Source of the DNA: Octopus sinensis | Taxonomy: Eukaryota | Direction of reading: 5' to 3' | NCBI RefSeq assembly: GCF_006345805.1 | Contig: NC_042997.1 | Location: 51,150,001-51,214,000 of the forward strand | DNA: 64,000 nt | Shown here: piece after piece, positions 12,040 to 24,295 of the stretch | Layout of the letters: every line of letters begins with the position of its first letter | How positions within the stretch are numbered: position 1 is the stretch's first letter | The notes under the pieces: generated by a model | The model's input: only the letters and a program-made list of their open reading frames with translations | What the model was told of the DNA's origin: nothing | The model's database searches: none | Made by a program: the position numbers and the translations under genes

Positions 12040-13134
12040 GGCACCGCGAGTGTCGCGTTGCTCTCAAGCAACTCTGCCGTCCTGGGTCGACCTTAAGTGA
12101 CTTCAACACAACCAAAGCATTCTATAGGGGTTTAGTGGAGGGGAGGTACGACGACGAGCTCGGGGCGAACCTGGACGTCGAAGAGGAGTACCTGACCCGC
12201 CTGTTCAGGACGACTTTCGGGCCAGAGCCCATGGACAACTTCCAGAGATCCCTGGCCTGGCAGTCCTACCGAGAAGCGCTACCCGTTCGGGATAAGCTCT
12301 ACAGACACGGCTCGAGAAACACGGGGCAGACTTGCCCGAGATGCGGTCAGAGCGACGAAACCGTTCTGCACGCACTCGTTCAGTGTCCAACAATTTCCGA
12401 CCTGTGGGCTTATGTCGAACAACTGCTGTCACGTGTGGGACGAGTCGGTTTATCAGCTGAGTCTATCGTCAATATTGTCACGCCTCCTTCCTTCAAACGG
12501 GAAGGAAGAGCTATTTTCATCATCCTTGTGGCTATGGCGAAAGAATGTATCTGGTGGACGCGTCTGAAAGGATTGGAGACAAACACTTTCCTCTCTGGTC
12601 AATCTCTCATCAACTTCTTCAAGTACCACTTGAAAAGGAAAGTGAGAGTAGAGAGGCAAGTTTTGTCTAGCGAATGTTTTAAAAAAAGATGGGTGAATGT
12701 AGCAAGAATGGCACGTATGAATGACGAAGCCACCTTGAGCATAATCCTATGAACCCAGAAATTGAAAACAGAGATTTGCTTATTTGCAAAAAAAAAAAAA
12801 AAAAAAAAAAAAAAAGAAATATAAAATGTGACTTCATTGACCGAGGTTACCGTGGTCTTTTCCGTAGGCTTTTCTTTCCACGGGTAAACCTCACCTGTCC
12901 TCCCCTTTACACTTCATATTGACATTTCTGTGATAACGATCCCTATTGATCAATTTTTTTCCTCTCCCCCCTTTTTTTTTAACCCCCCCTTTTTTGTCCT
13001 CTTTCTCTCCTTTTACGATCCCTTTTGATCGAAATTCCCCCCTTTCCTTTTTTTTTTGTTAAACCTTCAAAAGAAAAGCTCTACCTTGTAATTTGTTCTA
13101 TCTGTGTGCAGCCCTGTGTGGCTAATAAAGAAAC
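12040..13134 (+). mobile_element. Tx1-like LINE copy C4, 5'-truncated at the same base as C3
   Basis: Nearly identical to C3 over the coding part; distal 3' UTR differs; followed by TCTA/TCTG tract 13135-13202. Confidence 0.93.
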
Positions 13135-13141
13135 ATATCTA

Positions 13142-13202
<61 letters not shown>

Positions 13203-13827
13203 GTAACACTTTCCTCTCTGGTCAATCTCTCATCAACTTCTTCAAGTACCACTTGAAAAGGAAAGTGAGAGTAGAGAGGCAAGTTTTGTCTAGCGAATGT
13301 TTAAAAAAAAATGAACGTAGCAAGGATGGCACGTATGAATGACGAAGCCACCTTGAGCATAATCCTATGAACCCAGAAATTGAAAACAGAGGGTTACCCA
13401 CTTGCAAACAAATGTGGTAACATATAACAATATTGACCAAGGTTACCGTAGTCTTTTTCGTAGGCTTTTCTTCCCACGGATAAACCTTACTTGCTTTCCC
13501 CTTTACACCATATATCATAACACTGTGATAAACGATCCCTATTGATCGTTTTTTTTTCCTCTTCCCCTTTTTCTCCCATTTTTCTTCTTTTTCATTTCTC
13601 TTTTCTTTTGTTCCTTTTCCTTTTCTTCTTTTTTTATTTTTATTCTTTTTTTATTTTTTTAATTTTTTTTTGTTCTTTTCTTCCCTTTTACGATCCCTCT
13701 TGATCGAAAACCTACGCCACCCCTTTTTTTTCTTTTGTTTTTTTGTTTTTTTTCATCCCCCAAAAGAAAAGCTCTACCTTGTAACTTGTCCCATCTGTGT
13801 GCAGCCCTGTGTGGCCAATAAAGAAAC
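13203..13827 (+). mobile_element. Tx1-like LINE copy C5, 5'-truncated (~0.6 kb)
   Basis: Last ~50 codons of ORF2 (NTFLSGQSLINFFKYHLKRK) plus a 3' UTR of the C0 subtype; AATAAA 13817-13822; TCTA/TCTG tract 13828-13954. Confidence 0.9.
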
Positions 13828-13950
<123 letters not shown>

Positions 13951-14100
13951 TCTACTTATAACTACGTATGTATGTCTGTGTACCTGTGTGTGTATGTCCG
14001 ACGGCATTCTCTCAGTTACTGTTTTCGAAATTACCCTCACAGGGTTCTCCTCGGCCGGTGATTATAACAGAAGACATTTGGCCAAGGTGACGAGCAGTGG

Positions 14101-14200
14101 NNNNNNNNNNNNNNNNNNNNNNNNNNNNNNNNNNNNNNNNNNNNNNNNNNNNNNNNNNNNNNNNNNNNNNNNNNNNNNNNNNNNNNNNNNNNNNNNNNNN
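14101..14200. other. Assembly gap (100 N)
   Basis: Run of N; a SINE-like fragment (~14050-14100, resembling 46330-46375) is cut by it. Confidence 1.
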
Positions 14201-14779
14201 CACTTTCTGCTACTTTCTCTTGGCAAGTGTGCAACAATTAATGTGAAACTTTATATAACAAGGATGAACTGCTTCACTCATGCTCACCCGGTGGGTTCAG
14301 TCGGCTCCGAGTAAATAGTTCACCTCGTCCCTTATGAGTATTCATAACTTATTTGGAATTCCTAAAAACAAAATTCTGCCCAAGACAGTTTGGTATTCTC
14401 TGTAAATGCTCAAAAACCGTTTTAAGGGCTACATACTTTGTATTGTTGTTATTGGATTAGTGAAACAATTATGAGAACGGAACCAAGGGATAAGCCTCGC
14501 TTTCCCTGGAATTACCGGGTATGTCAGCTAGTATTTATATATATGTATTTATATACATATGTATGTATTTATATATCTGTATTTATATATATATGTATAT
14601 ATATATGTATATATGAATATCTATATATGTATTTATATAAATATTATTTTTTAGGGAATAAAAATTCCGGCATAACAGAGGTATAAATTATTCTCAATGA
14701 AGAAATATATTTTAATTTAGAGATAGTAGACCCCTACATCTGACTAAATAAAAATAATTTTTATTTTAATTTTAAATAC

Positions 14780-16030
14780 CTACTGTTTATAGCTGTAAAA
14801 TTTCGCATTACCGAGTAAGAGAACTTGATTGAAGACACTGCAAATGCTATAGTATTTATGGGTCTTAGGGAAGTTCTCCAGAATCCTAAAAAAACATCTT
14901 GGGCAAATTTCTTACTCTAAGAGAAAAAGGAGGTGGGGAAAATCATATTACTTCACTCATTCTAGAATGTGAGCTCTTGGTTTTACTAATCTCCTCACTA
15001 GCATTCTTTCGCTTCCTATACCTATTTCTATTGATTAATTGGTTGAAGTTCTCCAAGTACCCCTTCCAGAAACTCCTGTCTGATAAAATATCCGCAATGA
15101 AATTATCTGATTTGCACATCCCATCGGATGAAACCGGAAACATTTATTCTGTACTGATAAAGATTTATAATGACTTAATGTTGAAGGAGTTACACTCTTG
15201 TTATAAACATGCAAGCAAAATTGCTATAGATAGCATTAATGAAACTCACTTAGAAATCATCTCTGGTTTGGGCCTGCTTGAGAGAAGCCAGCCTTATGCT
15301 CCAAAAACTCCCCATGCCCTCTTGATGGACCTTAAGTCTGATCTTTTGTAAAATCCTTCGATTAGGTTGATCTACCCAACGAAATATAGAGATTATGATC
15401 GAAATAGTGGTAATGATGCTATCTAGAGTGGACTTCAGTGACTGGACAATACATTGATACATGAGATGGATTTGTTTGGCTTACAAAATGGATAGTATAA
15501 ACCTGTATCCAAACTGTAATGTCCAGCAAATTCACTACTCTGGAGTTAATATCAAATATAATGTTAAGATTAATGAAATCCTTTAAGAAACCTTTCAGGG
15601 ATTTCCTCAATCTATTCAATGCAGTTTTAGACTGGCTACATACAGCTAGAAGTGCATCATCCCTATATAGTCCCCCAGTGAGGAGAGGGAAACTATCCTT
15701 AATCTGTGAAAGGAGGTATAGGCCCACTAGGTCAGTCACCTGTGCAGAATCAGATGACCCCATGGTTATATCGAAGAAATTGGTGGAATCATCTCTCTGC
15801 CAATCACACTTGTTGTAGGAGATGAGGGTCTCCCTTGCCGCTAAAATTACATCAATAAATGAACTAGATAATCTGCAAATTTGTGGGCGAAAATCAAGGC
15901 TTTATTCAACAATATAGGGGATATAGAATTAGAATAATTCGAAATGTCGAATTGTATAAAATCTAAATTAGGTTTATCCTTAAGGAAGTCAAACCATAGG
16001 GTAACATCCCCAGTAGATTTCTATAGGTTT
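14780..16030. mobile_element. Penelope-like element remnant; pre-RT part on +, RT part on -
   Basis: Minus ORF 15419-15763 has TMGS..LVGLYLL..GLYRDD..LLDIT, a PLE-type RT. Plus ORF 14899-15351 (DETGNIY..YKHAS..then NPSIRLIYPTK) resembles the PLE region preceding RT. No GIY-YIG seen. Confidence 0.7.
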
Positions 16031-16039
16031 TGAAACAGC

Positions 16040-16742
16040 ATCTTGACCATTCAGATGTCAAAGTAATATATTTTGATCTTACAAAGGCCTTTGGTGAGAA
16101 AGGTCATAGCATGATATGTCACAAGCTGTGAGACCTTGACACTGGAAGAGTGGCTACATGACTTCCTGAAAGAAAGAAGTCAGGCAGTTACAGCTGATGA
16201 GGTCCTCTCTGGAAAACAAATTCTGAGTGCTGTCCCTCAGGGAACTGGTATGGGACCATTACTGTTTATAATAGCTCTCTTAAACATGCCCATCGTCACT
16301 CAGCCACTTTCACTGGCTATACTGATGATACAGAATTATCACAGGCAATAAAGAATCCAAATACTGTCACAAGCTTGCAATATATCAGTGGGCTGAAGAA
16401 AACAATGTGCATTGTAATACTGGAAAATTTCAAGCATTGTACTATCAGCTCACAAACACACCACAGTCTGAATATACAGGACCTGAAAGCCCTGCAATCC
16501 CAGAGTTACAGACTGTGAGTGACTTGGAGATCAGTATGTGTAATGATGCATCATTTCATAGGCACATTACCAAAATGGCAGCAAAGTGCAGACAGTTGGC
16601 AGGTTGGATATTAAGGTTCTTCCAGACAAGAAATTAAGAAATCGTGTTGACTCTGTGGAGGCCCTTTGGTCTCAGTTGCCTGGGCTACTGCTCTCAGCTG
16701 TAGTTACAACATGATGTCAATCTAACTGGAGTTTAAAGAAGG
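16040..16742 (+). mobile_element. CR1-like LINE remnant, left part (interrupted by Gypsy)
   Basis: Degenerate RT: IYFDLTKAF, WLHDFLKERSQ, VPQGTGMGPLLF, YCSQL. Confidence 0.75.
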
Positions 16743-16943
16743 CTTATATCCTGGTGTTGGATAATTAATTTAATGAAGCCAGGATGTAAGAAAGTATTTA
16801 CACAACACAATATGATAACTATTACACGAGACTCACCCCTCTCAATCAATGGCTCACTGTGAACTGCTGACAGTTCTTTATTTTATAGCAATGTGTCACT
16901 CCACTTTTAGTCACATGAAAGTGGTCAGAATCCCTCCACAACA
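16743..16943 (-). repeat. 3' LTR of Gypsy remnant
   Basis: Begins TGTTG on -, adjacent to the PPT; homologous to 20812-21013. Confidence 0.8.
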
Positions 16944-19900
16944 TCTTCCTTTTTTAGAATTAGTCTCCCCTAACTTCTCCCCTGTTGAGAATTAAACTCC
17001 ACACAGAGTTTTAATATCACTTATGCTTGAGGTTCAATTCCAGTGTTTCCATTCTTTTCTGTTTTCTGGTGTTAGAACATGTAGTTTCAAATTGGTTTGG
17101 TGTTGATACCTCAAATGTGCTGTACAATACTTCCATGACGATTTCATTTCTCGTGACGGTGGTTAACAATGTCTTTTATGTTGGACATTTTTTCCTTTTA
17201 CCAAGAATAACATTCTTCCAATTTGTAAAATAATTACACTGCAGGTGACATTCCAGACAAGGTATTTGGATTAGGTATTACACAGTATACTTTTAGAAAA
17301 TGCAAAGTTATCCATTACTGCATTGGTCGCCTTTTTCAACACCCTCTTGAAAGTCAACAAAATGCGCTGCTTGTACGTTTGACCTAGGATGATACGGCAG
17401 AGTAGTGACATGTTCGACAACAAACATTTTACAAAATTTTCTGAATTCATCTGAAATATATTGAGTTCATTATCAGACACTGTGGTATCAGGAATACCAT
17501 ATCTGGTGAACAATTCATGTAAAAAAACTTACTGTAACTGCAGATGTTGGCTTTTTACACTTATGCACTTCAGGCCACTTTGAAAAACTGTCTTTCATAA
17601 CAAGGTACTATGAACCCTTAAGTCGGCCCACTTAATTAACATGCAGTTTGAACCATGGAATATTTGTTTTTGGCCACTATTGTCATTCAATGGTAGATGC
17701 TTTTGCAGTTAGGGCACACCCTCTGCATGCTTTCACTGGTTCTTCAATGCTATGGTCCATTATATATATATAACTTCGCATTAATGATTTCATTCTCGAA
17801 ATCCTTGGGTGACTAATGTGAAATTCATTTAGTAATTGCTTCTGTAGTGTGGCTGGCACTACAACTCTTTGTCTGTACATCAACACATTGTCACACATTA
17901 AGAATGGGTTCGAATTTGTGTTGCACATACTTTTATCTCTTTTAGCCTTCAACATTTCTTTAATTTTTTTTAGTGAATTTATTGTTTTCTAATTTTAATT
18001 TTATGACTTGTAATGTGACTGGCAGTTCATGTATGACATTACACAAAACATTTTTAATTTCATTTTCCACTTGCAAAGCAGCAGTCATGGTATCTTCAAA
18101 TGGTTCAGCATTTTCTGAAATCAGTCTTGATAAACAATCAGCATGTCCTAATTTCTTAGATGGTATATACTCCATCTTAAAATCATAGTTTAATAATATT
18201 GTACCCCAGTATTGCAACCTATTAGCAGTATGGGTAGGGATTCCTTTCTTCGAACCATATATCGATAATAACAGACTGCAGTTGAAATTTTCTACTGTGT
18301 AAAAATCTGTGAAATGTTTTTACAGCAAAAATAATCACTAGAGCTTCTTTTTCCATTTGGCTGTAATTTTTTTCTGATGTTGGAGAATGTGAGGCATAAA
18401 CCACCACCTTCATATTACCATTTTTATATTTATGTAGCATTTCTGCACCTATATCATACTCAGGAGTATCTGAAGCTACAACATTCACTGCAGGATCGAA
18501 GTGTGCTAATGACAAATCAAATGTTGATATTTTTTTTATTTCATCGAACACCTTCTGACAATTTTCAGACCAACTCCACTTTACATCTTTTTTTTAATAG
18601 ATTATTAAGTGGAACACTTACTTTATTCATATTTGGAATATAATTTTGGTAATAACTTGTCAGTTATCCTCAAAAGTTTGTAAGGTCACTATATTTGTTG
18701 GAGGAGGCATATTTTTAATTGTGCCTGTCCATGATGGATCTGGTCAATGTCCATTTCTGTCAATGATTTGTCCTAAATATTTTATTTTCTGTAAGAAAAA
18801 TTCACATTTTTTTTACTCGGAGTATAGCTGTAATCCCTAATTTTTTCATACACATATTTTATGTGCTCTATGTGTTGGTCCCAGGATTTGCTTTTTATGA
18901 GTATATCATCCAGATATGGAATTGCAAATTCACAGTCCACAAACATTGCATCCATAATCTGTTGAAAAATCACTGGTGCGACTTTTAAGCCAAATGGTAA
19001 CCTTTTATATTTATACAGTCCTTTAAAGTATGTTAATTGTTAGGTACGTAGAGTATTTATCATCTACTCTAATTTGTAGGTATGTGTTAGAGAGATCTAA
19101 TTTAGAAAATATCTTGCCTCTGTTTAATTTGGCAAAAATATTTCCTGGAGTAGGTAGTGGATAGTGGAGTATTTTGAGACATTCATTGAAATCAGTGGAA
19201 AAATCAGCACACACCCTGATTTTATTATTCTTCTTGCTAACATACACAGTTGGTGCATTAACTATATTCCACTTTTTGGATAGCTGCAATTTTTTTTCAT
19301 TTCTCTAACTCTAAGCTTATCTGTTCTAATGGATGTGAATGGTACAGTTCATTTTGGTTTAAATACTGGTATGGCATTTTCTTTTATTTGAAACTTTGCC
19401 TTCATTTTAGTACATAGACCTAATTCATCAGACAGAACTTCAGGAAAAATTAAAAAAATTTTTTTCTTCAATTCATGTGTCGCCTTATTTGTACTGCCAG
19501 GAAAACCATTCATATTTTTACAGTAAAGATTTATGGGGAGGTCCCATAAGTTAAATAATTCCACCCAGTTTGTCTGAATAAATTTGTCATATTATTCAAC
19601 ACAAAAACTTTGGCTTTTGAGATTTTTCTCCGAAATGTAACATCATTTAACAATTCACCCTTAGAATATTTTTTTCCTGAACACCATGGGCAATTTTCAC
19701 AGCTTCTGTTAATCTAGGTCTTCCAATTTTTGTCCATGTATGTCTTAGTTATTGAGATATCACTGCCTGTATCCAATTGTAACTTTACATTTATGTTATT
19801 AATTTTTACATACACAAATTTCCTTTGTGGCTCATTCTTATTTCTTGTTACCAATAACTTGTTTATGCGATTTTTTTCTGTTGAATCGTTTTATAGGTTT

Positions 19901-20811
19901 TGTTTTACGGTGTGATTTTTTTGTGACCTATCTTACCACACTTGAAGCATTTCTTATTTATAAATGGACAGTTACTTTTAAAATGTAAACCACCCTGCCC
20001 ATAACATGGATTTGGTTTTGACATTTTTTCTCTTTTTTTTCTTATCCATTACCAATTGAGATACATGAGTATGAGAGCAGTCTTTTTCTTCAATTTTATT
20101 TGCCTCCTGTCTTAGATTTATAATCCTTTGGCATTCTGCTATTGCTTGTAGAGTTAAATTTTGATCCTGTTCTAATTTTATTAATATCCAGGAACATATA
20201 TCTGCATCTTTGCTTGTAGTAAGGCCTTGAACAAAAATTAGACATTTGAACACGTCAGAGGTTAATTAATTCAATTTGAATTTTTCACACTCTCTTTTAA
20301 CAACTCCAGCATAGGTGATGAAATCTTCATAATCTTTTTTAACCACATTTAAACACTGCCAGCAAGGGAACTTCTTTCATTTAAAATTTTCAATAAAAAA
20401 TTTGTTTCATCAAAACAAATCTCAACTGCTTTCTCCTGCAGAATATTATTTACTATATTTTTTGTATTCAGTAGGGGATAACTTTCTTAAAAGTAGTTGT
20501 ACTTTTTTCTCATCCGTCCAGTTTTTACATTCTTCCTTGAAGATGTCTTCATATCTTCTAGTTTATATCTGATTCTTCAGTTGAATTTGCTATGCTGCCT
20601 AGCAAATATGAACTTGAAGTATTTTCAGACTTCAACATTAATTCTTGCGACTATTGGTTTTGTTGTTGTTGCTGTTGTAACTGCTGTAGTTGCTGTTGTT
20701 CACCATGGAGGTCAATAAGTTTTCCATATTAAAACGATTTTTTCTTCGGTTTCATACTAAAAAAAAAATTTATAACCTTCCAATGTAAATTTTGAACAAC
20801 TCATTGCCACT

Positions 20812-21013
20812 CTTATATCCTAGTGTTGGATAAATAATTTGATGAAGCAGGAGAGAAAGAAAGTATTTACACGATGCAGTATGATTAGTATTGTACAAGA
20901 CTCCTCACTCTAAATCAATAACTCACAATGAACTGCTGACAGTTCTTTATTTTATAGCAATGTATCAGTACACTTTTAGTTACATGGGGGGTGATCAGAA
21001 TCCTTTCACAACA
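20812..21013 (-). repeat. 5' LTR of Gypsy remnant
   Basis: Begins TGTTG on -, followed after 2 nt by the PBS-like sequence. Confidence 0.8.
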
Positions 21014-21430
21014 CTGTCCAATGTCATTACACTAAAAAGATTGTCACAGTGCAGCAGAAAAGCTGAAAAATTTACCACTGGACACCATTGTATTGTACCA
21101 AAGGTACTGTCCACATCATTTAATGCTAGGACCAGGTACTACAGTAGTCTAGGGTTCAAAGGGCCACAGCTCTTGAATGCTCTGTCCCCAAAAATTAATA
21201 AACCTTCACAATGTGTACGTGGATGTCTTCAAAAAGGAACTGGACATCCTCCTCTCCACACAGATGAGGAGAGCAATGTCAAACTCCCTCACACACTAAA
21301 TGGGCCAACAACCAAAGGCAAAGTACACACAGGAGTGGGAATATGAAATCCCATTACCCTGACAAAATCAGCTAAAGAAGTGAAGAATCATGGTGATGTA
21401 CCAGCATGACCTCAGCCCCATGGCTGAAAT
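21014..21430 (+). mobile_element. CR1-like LINE remnant, right part and 3' end
   Basis: Resumes (A)VQCHYTKKIVTVQQ, SLGFKGPQLLNAL; 3' end CAGCATGACCTCAGC..GCTGAAA matches other CR1 ends in the window. Confidence 0.7.
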
Positions 21431-21509
21431 GTATAACAGACTATATATGTGTGTGTATATATATATGAATGTATGTATGTGTGTGTATATATATATATAT
21501 GTATATATC

Positions 21510-22720
21510 TCGACTTTGCAAAAACCTTTGATAAAGTTGACTATGGTATGATAGTCACAAGCTACATAATCTCAGTATAGTTGGAAAACTTAGAGAATGG
21601 CTTCATGACTTTCTAAAAAATAGAAATCAGGTAGTGTTGCCCAGCAGGACTACCTTCAAGGAAATGCAAATAATAAGTGATGTCTAACTGGGCATTGTCT
21701 TAGGCTGCTAAGACTATTCATAGTGGCCCTTTCAGACATGCTCTCAACTGCTTAGATAGATACCCTAGCTAGCTATGCAGATGATACATAAGTCTCTCAG
21801 AGGATACAAAACCCTGTGGATGTTGCTCATCTGCAATATATAGGTGGGCTCGGGAATATAACATGCAGTTTAATGCTGTGCTACCAACACATGAGGCTGA
21901 ATGAAAAGCAGATAAGATACTGACCCAGGAGAGATTGCAATCCCGGAACAAAATCAGTCCATGACCTGGGCATTGATATGAGTAATGATGCATCATTCCA
22001 GGTGCATATCACTAAGTTGACAATAAAATACAGATGGTTGGCTAAATAGATCCTTAAAACTTTCAGAACAAGAGAACAGGAAACCATGACTGTCCTGGAG
22101 GACATTTGTCCTCCACTACTTAGAATACTACTACTGCCCATGGTCACCACACAGTGTAAAATTAACAGTGGAACTCAAAGCAATCCAGTACTCACAAAGA
22201 AGATCATCTCAAAGCAACATGTTAGCTACTGGGAGAGACTGAAAAGGGTTAAGATTCTGCTCTCTAGAACAAAGGCAGGAAAGATATGCAGTGATATACA
22301 TTTGGAAAATCTTAGGAGAACTTGTACCAAACTTTGTCATTGAAAGTTATACTAACACCAGAATGGGTTGCCCCTGCATTTCATCAAAAATCTCAACATT
22401 GCCATCAGGATACAGTAGCATATATGCAACAGCTTGGGTTTCAAGAGCCCACAGCTCTTCAGTATCCTCCCACAAATGCTGAGAGACTTACACAGTGTGG
22501 ATGTAGGTGTCTTCAAAACAAAACAGGATATCCTCCTGTCAAGAGTTCCAAATAAACCTACCTCATAGTAAGAAACACAGCTGAGGGCAACATTAAACTC
22601 CCTCATTCATGAAATGCCTTATATTACAAGAATTTTCATGTAGTGCAAGTGTAGCAAAGCTAAAAGCAGTGCCCCAACATGGCCTCAGCTCTTGAGCTGA
22701 AACTAACATAGAAAGACAAA
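21510..22720 (+). mobile_element. Second CR1-like LINE remnant (RT to 3' end)
   Basis: LDFAKTFDKVD, GKLREWLHDFL, YADD, SYWERLK; 3' end CCCCAACATGGCCTCAGCTCTTGAGCTGAAACT. Confidence 0.8.
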
Positions 22721-24209
22721 AAGAAAAAAATACACTTATGTAGGTGCTGCACAATCTTTTGTATCATTCACAAAAATTATTTTTGTTCAGCTGCTGCTGT
22801 TTTTGATTCTGGGTGAATCTAGTTGTTTGGATTAGAACACACTGTGTTTGTGTATCATCTTTTGGAAGCAGACAGTGTGCAGTTTTTTCTTCTTTGGTGC
22901 TTCTCACTCTTTGCTCCCCCCCTGGAAAGGAGTTCTGTTTTATGCCCTTGTAGTTTTGGTAGGGCTGCTGATGTGCAAAATGAGAGTTTGCACCATCTTC
23001 ACCTTGCCAGCAGTTTCCTTGCAGGTAAAATTTACATATGTTTCTACTTTTGTACCTCCTATTTCTTTTGTCTATATTGTTGGAGACCTCTTTGGTACAA
23101 AAGAGGTCTCCAACAAATAACTAGTCTTGTAGTCTGATATTCCTTTATGTACAAAATCAATATTGCCTTAATATCAATTTTGTTGAATATGGTACATTGA
23201 TATATATTCAATACACCATCCTGTTTTTGATAGAAATCATTTTTCCACTTTTAAACTTTCATATATATATATATATTTTCAACCTGGCATTTATTATTTT
23301 ACTATTAAGGGTGACATTAATTCATTGTGCATCTGAATATTAAAATTTTTGAATACAGATATTATTTAATATTATCAATATATGTATCTAGTGTGTGATG
23401 CTGAGAAGCTACTTATGAACTGTATTATGTAGATATTAGAATGCTGTTAAATTGTAATTTTATTTTGTTTTGTCAGATAACTGTGATAATGTGTTAATTA
23501 TTGATTGCTCACATTGGCAAAGTGTTACAAATTTAGAGAAGAGGAATATGACATCAGATTGAATTTATTTGGTATATCCATGCTATTTTATTGATCATTG
23601 AAAGGTGTTATATAAAGTTTGTTTGCAAGATTTGAACCTAAAATGTAGAGACAGTGTTGAACACTATGAAGAAATTAATTAGAAGTTTTGCTACTCCTCT
23701 AGTGTAATAGATGTTAGTGACAAAATGTCTGTATAAAGTGAAGCAATTTAATCAATTAATTACTATTTCCACTTTTTGTTTTGGTGTTTGTCTTTTTTTG
23801 GCTATGTAATGATTGTATTATTTTTTCTTTAACAGTTATTTTTACTCTTAAGTTGAAGAAAGTTTTTACTACTTAAAAATTAATTTCAAACAATGAAGTT
23901 ATTCATTTATTTTACTATTATCACTGATCAAATAGAAATAAAGTATTAATCATAGAGAAAAGTAACAATTATATATGTAAGGTAGGAATAACTTGCACAC
24001 TTTCATATGGTTTTATCATCAAGTCACTGAACAAACACACTTCAGACATATCTTCATTCTTTTACATGAAGCTGTATGCATATTAATTAAAGATTTATAT
24101 TTGGTATAAATATGTGAATCAGAAATTAAGTTTAAATTTTTCTGTTGATATTGATTGTCATTAGGAAGGGCATCCAGCCATAGAAACCATGCCAAAACAA
24201 ACATGGAGC

Positions 24210-24295
24210 CTGAACAACCCTTCAGCTCCTCAGCTTCTGTCAAACTGTCCAACCCATGCCAGCATGGAAAATGGATGTTAAATGATGATGATGTT
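24210..24295 (+). mobile_element. (ATG)n-tailed SINE/LINE 3' fragment
   Basis: AGGAAGGGCATCCAGC..AACCCATGCCAGCATGGAAAA..GTTAAATGATGATG, same family as 61745-61891. Confidence 0.75.

Larger units (their letters stand above)
16743..21013 (-). mobile_element. Degenerate Ty3/Gypsy LTR retrotransposon (Mag/K02A2.6-like) with both LTRs
   Basis: ~200-bp direct repeats 16743-16943 and 20812-21013; PPT at 16944-16955 (AAAAAAGGAAGA on -); PBS-like TGGCAATGAG at 20800-20809 (-). Minus-strand remnants of gag/protease, RT (IRVCADFS..HYPLPTP..FSKLDLS; YLDD), RNase H (SEKNYSQMEKEALVIIFAV) and integrase (HPRISRMKSLMRSY; FTRYGIPDTTVSDN). Confidence 0.88.

Noticed and set aside
14899-15143. GIY-YIG endonuclease downstream of the Penelope RT
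   Set aside because: The minus-strand ORF has no GIY/YIG motifs; the region is better explained as the pre-RT segment on +.
16190-16225. CTGATGAG..GAAA hammerhead-like words
   Set aside because: No stem II or flanking helices; lies within CR1 RT coding remnant.
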